A DNA stretch of 64,000 nt, from positions 186,001 through 250,000 of the forward strand of contig JBEWZL010000276.1 of NCBI GenBank assembly GCA_045837725.1, written 5' to 3'. The DNA comes from Vermamoeba vermiformis. Lineage: Eukaryota. Position numbers and translations under genes: made by a program. Within the stretch, counting starts at the first letter, position 1. Every line of letters begins with the position of its first letter. Below are positions 61,981 through 64,000 of the stretch, in pieces. The notes beneath the pieces were generated by a model that made no database searches, was not told the DNA's origin, and was given only the letters and a program-made list of their open reading frames with translations.

Positions 61981-63846
61981 TTACCAGTTCGAGAAATTGC
62001 CGTAGTTATTCGTCTTTTGTTTCTTATTAGGCGGCTGGTCTTTTGATGAAGGCAAGTTCAGTCCGCGCTTCTTGTCTTGCGCTACTGGTGCAGTTGTGTT
62101 CAAATATCGACCTACACCTTTATTCGTGTTCGTAGCGAGGCCTCCAGGATTGCTATACCACTGACCTACTTCATTCTAATCGCAGATTAATATTAGTTTC
62201 GAGTTTATAGTAGTGGTTTTACAGCCACTACTTACATCTTGTTCCTTCTTTTTCTTCTCTAACTCTTCAGCTTCAGCTTCTTTCTTCATTTCAGTCTCGC
62301 TCAAAGGATTTGAATAGACTTTAGCCTCTTCAATAATTAAATCGTGCTGCATATCAAGTGTTAGCTCTGTAGCGACAATCATGGTAGCACTTACAATGGG
62401 CTTGTCGTCACCATCCACTGGCACGTTCTCCATAGCTTTCAACACTTCCATGCCACCGACTACTGTGCCGAAGACTGAATGTTTGTTGTTCAAGTGCGGG
62501 GTGGATCTGAACGTGATGAAACTACGAGAGGACAATATGTCAACAAATGGACACATACACGTGACAGAAATGCTACTTACAACTGAGAGCCGTTCGTGTT
62601 CTTGCCAGCATTGGCCATGGACAGCACACCAGGGCCTTCGTGGACTAGTTTGGGATGGAACTCGTCGGGGAACTTCTTGCCCCAAATTGATTCACCGCCA
62701 CGACCAGTGCCTGTAGGATCACCACCTTGAATCTGATTGTGAACTGTGAGTGACATTCTTTGTTATATTTAAGTGCTGCGTACCATAAAGTTCTTGATCA
62801 ATCGATGGAATTTGGTGCCGTTGTAATAACCTTTCTCGCACAGTGTCAAAAAGTTCTCGCACGTTCTAGGCACGAGATCGCAATGTAATTTCAAGTTGAT
62901 GCTGCCCTTGTTGGTGACTAAGCTGACATAGCCCTTGTTCTTCGTGGTCTTGGGGATGTATTCGCTGTCTTTGGTCATCCACGACTCGAATGTAGTCGCT
63001 GTGAATGAGGCTGAATCTACACTGCGAGACTGGCTCTTGTCGTCTTTTTTCGCATTAGTGTTTGTGGTCAATTTCTCATCGCCTGCTTTTTCCATCTCTT
63101 TCAACTCTTCCAACACACGCTTGGTGGTTGTGTTCAAGCGAATAGTCTGCTCTGCATCGTCATCTTGTTTGCTCTCAGTCCTCTTCAAGTGCCAGAAGTT
63201 GGATGTGCGTCTCTTCTCCATGTTATTGGGGTCCTAAAGTACTCGTGTTAGCGGCTGGATCAGTTGACATAACGAACATTGGCACGCGTACCTGCAAGGT
63301 GATGATATCTGCCTTGACGAAGGGCTCGCCATTGATGAGGTCTTTGAAGTTCTTTGACTTCAAATTGAGCTCTTTAATCGCGTCATATGAGTACACATTG
63401 CCCGTGGGTCGAATGGCCACAATGTGCGAGTGTTCTGTGAATTCTTTGAAGGTAATCGGGCAGTGGTATTTGTCTGTGCGAATAATTAATACAAAAAAAG
63501 GCGAGTATTTGTAATATACCTTGTGCGTTCTTGTGGAAGTGAAGGCGGATCAGATCTCGTGCTGATAATGACTTGCCGCTGATCGGATCGATGTTTTTGT
63601 TCTTCTTCAGCCACGGCACGATATTGCTAAATTAAAGTTAGTGTTAAGCAACGGCGTCAATGCTGGTACATACATAATGTCGTAAATAGTTCCTTCTGGC
63701 GTGCAAACGGGATCTTCGAATGGTTGCAAGGACAAGCTGCAGCAATAGAATGGCAGTGTTTTAATTTCTTGGCGGTCCACACGCTCTTTTTTGCCTTTGC
63801 CCATAGCATGGTTGTCTTCGGCGTATTCTTTTTGCGTGATATAGCT
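61981..63846 (-). CDS. PPIL2: U-box cyclophilin PPIL2/Cyp60 (first exon beyond the window)
   Basis: [69 protein letters not shown]; ends YGNFSNW. Confidence 0.95.
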
Positions 63847-64000
63847 ACAGAAATAATAAATCAAAATTAATCTTAGAAAATTCTTTAAAATTGTAATAAA
63901 ACGCCTGCGATTAAAATACTATTGGATTGATATATTGCATGCGAAATTGACTAATAAAACAATATTTTGACCACAAAAGCGTAATTGAATTCGTGGTTTA

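Noticed and set aside
1197-63514. Many antisense or alternate-frame ORFs in the track (e.g. 1300-1992, 17758-18348, 20872-21336, 34193-34756, 54932-55453)
   Set aside because: They are shadows of real exons on the opposite strand, with no recognisable motifs.
1-64000. Alternative genetic code or selenocysteine as the cause of fragmented ORFs
   Set aside because: TAA, TAG and TGA all end genes here, and fragmentation resolves by introns or +1 breaks, not by readthrough.
1-64000. U12-type introns, tRNAs, CRISPR arrays, transposase or reverse transcriptase ORFs
   Set aside because: I saw no (G/A)TATCCTT donors, cloverleafs, repeat-spacer arrays or mobile-element proteins by eye.

Overview
Gene-dense, intron-rich eukaryotic nuclear DNA using the standard genetic code, with short GT-AG introns and two GC-AG introns. 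The 5S rRNA sequence, an Entamoeba-type transmembrane kinase, a receptor tyrosine kinase, and TerD and NELF-A genes together suggest an amoebozoan (inference). I spliced about 28 protein genes by hand. They include a RanBP2 zinc-finger protein, Atg17, glycogen synthase, HAAO, two receptor kinases, RecQ/BLM, NELF-A, an RCC1 protein, SF1, a lysine methyltransferase, DUF4139, beta-mannosidase, an 80-aa half-LIM protein, an RBBP4-like WD40, kaptin, TerD-TerD-FYVE, an F-box/LRR cluster, a LIM protein, PELP1/Rix1, Cks1, ALKBH2/3, a ubiquitin-like protein and PPIL2. The most notable observations are: a complete 5S rRNA gene inside a glycogen synthase intron; six or seven frame breaks that are all +1 (homopolymer assembly errors are most likely, recoding is not excluded); a strongly over-represented 12-bp palindrome TGACA(CG/GG/CC)TGTCA; an intron flanked exactly by a 9-bp direct repeat; and unusual domain fusions (PARP zinc finger-F-box-LRR, LRR with C-terminal F-box, TerD-FYVE). 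Family assignments come from recalled motifs, not database searches.
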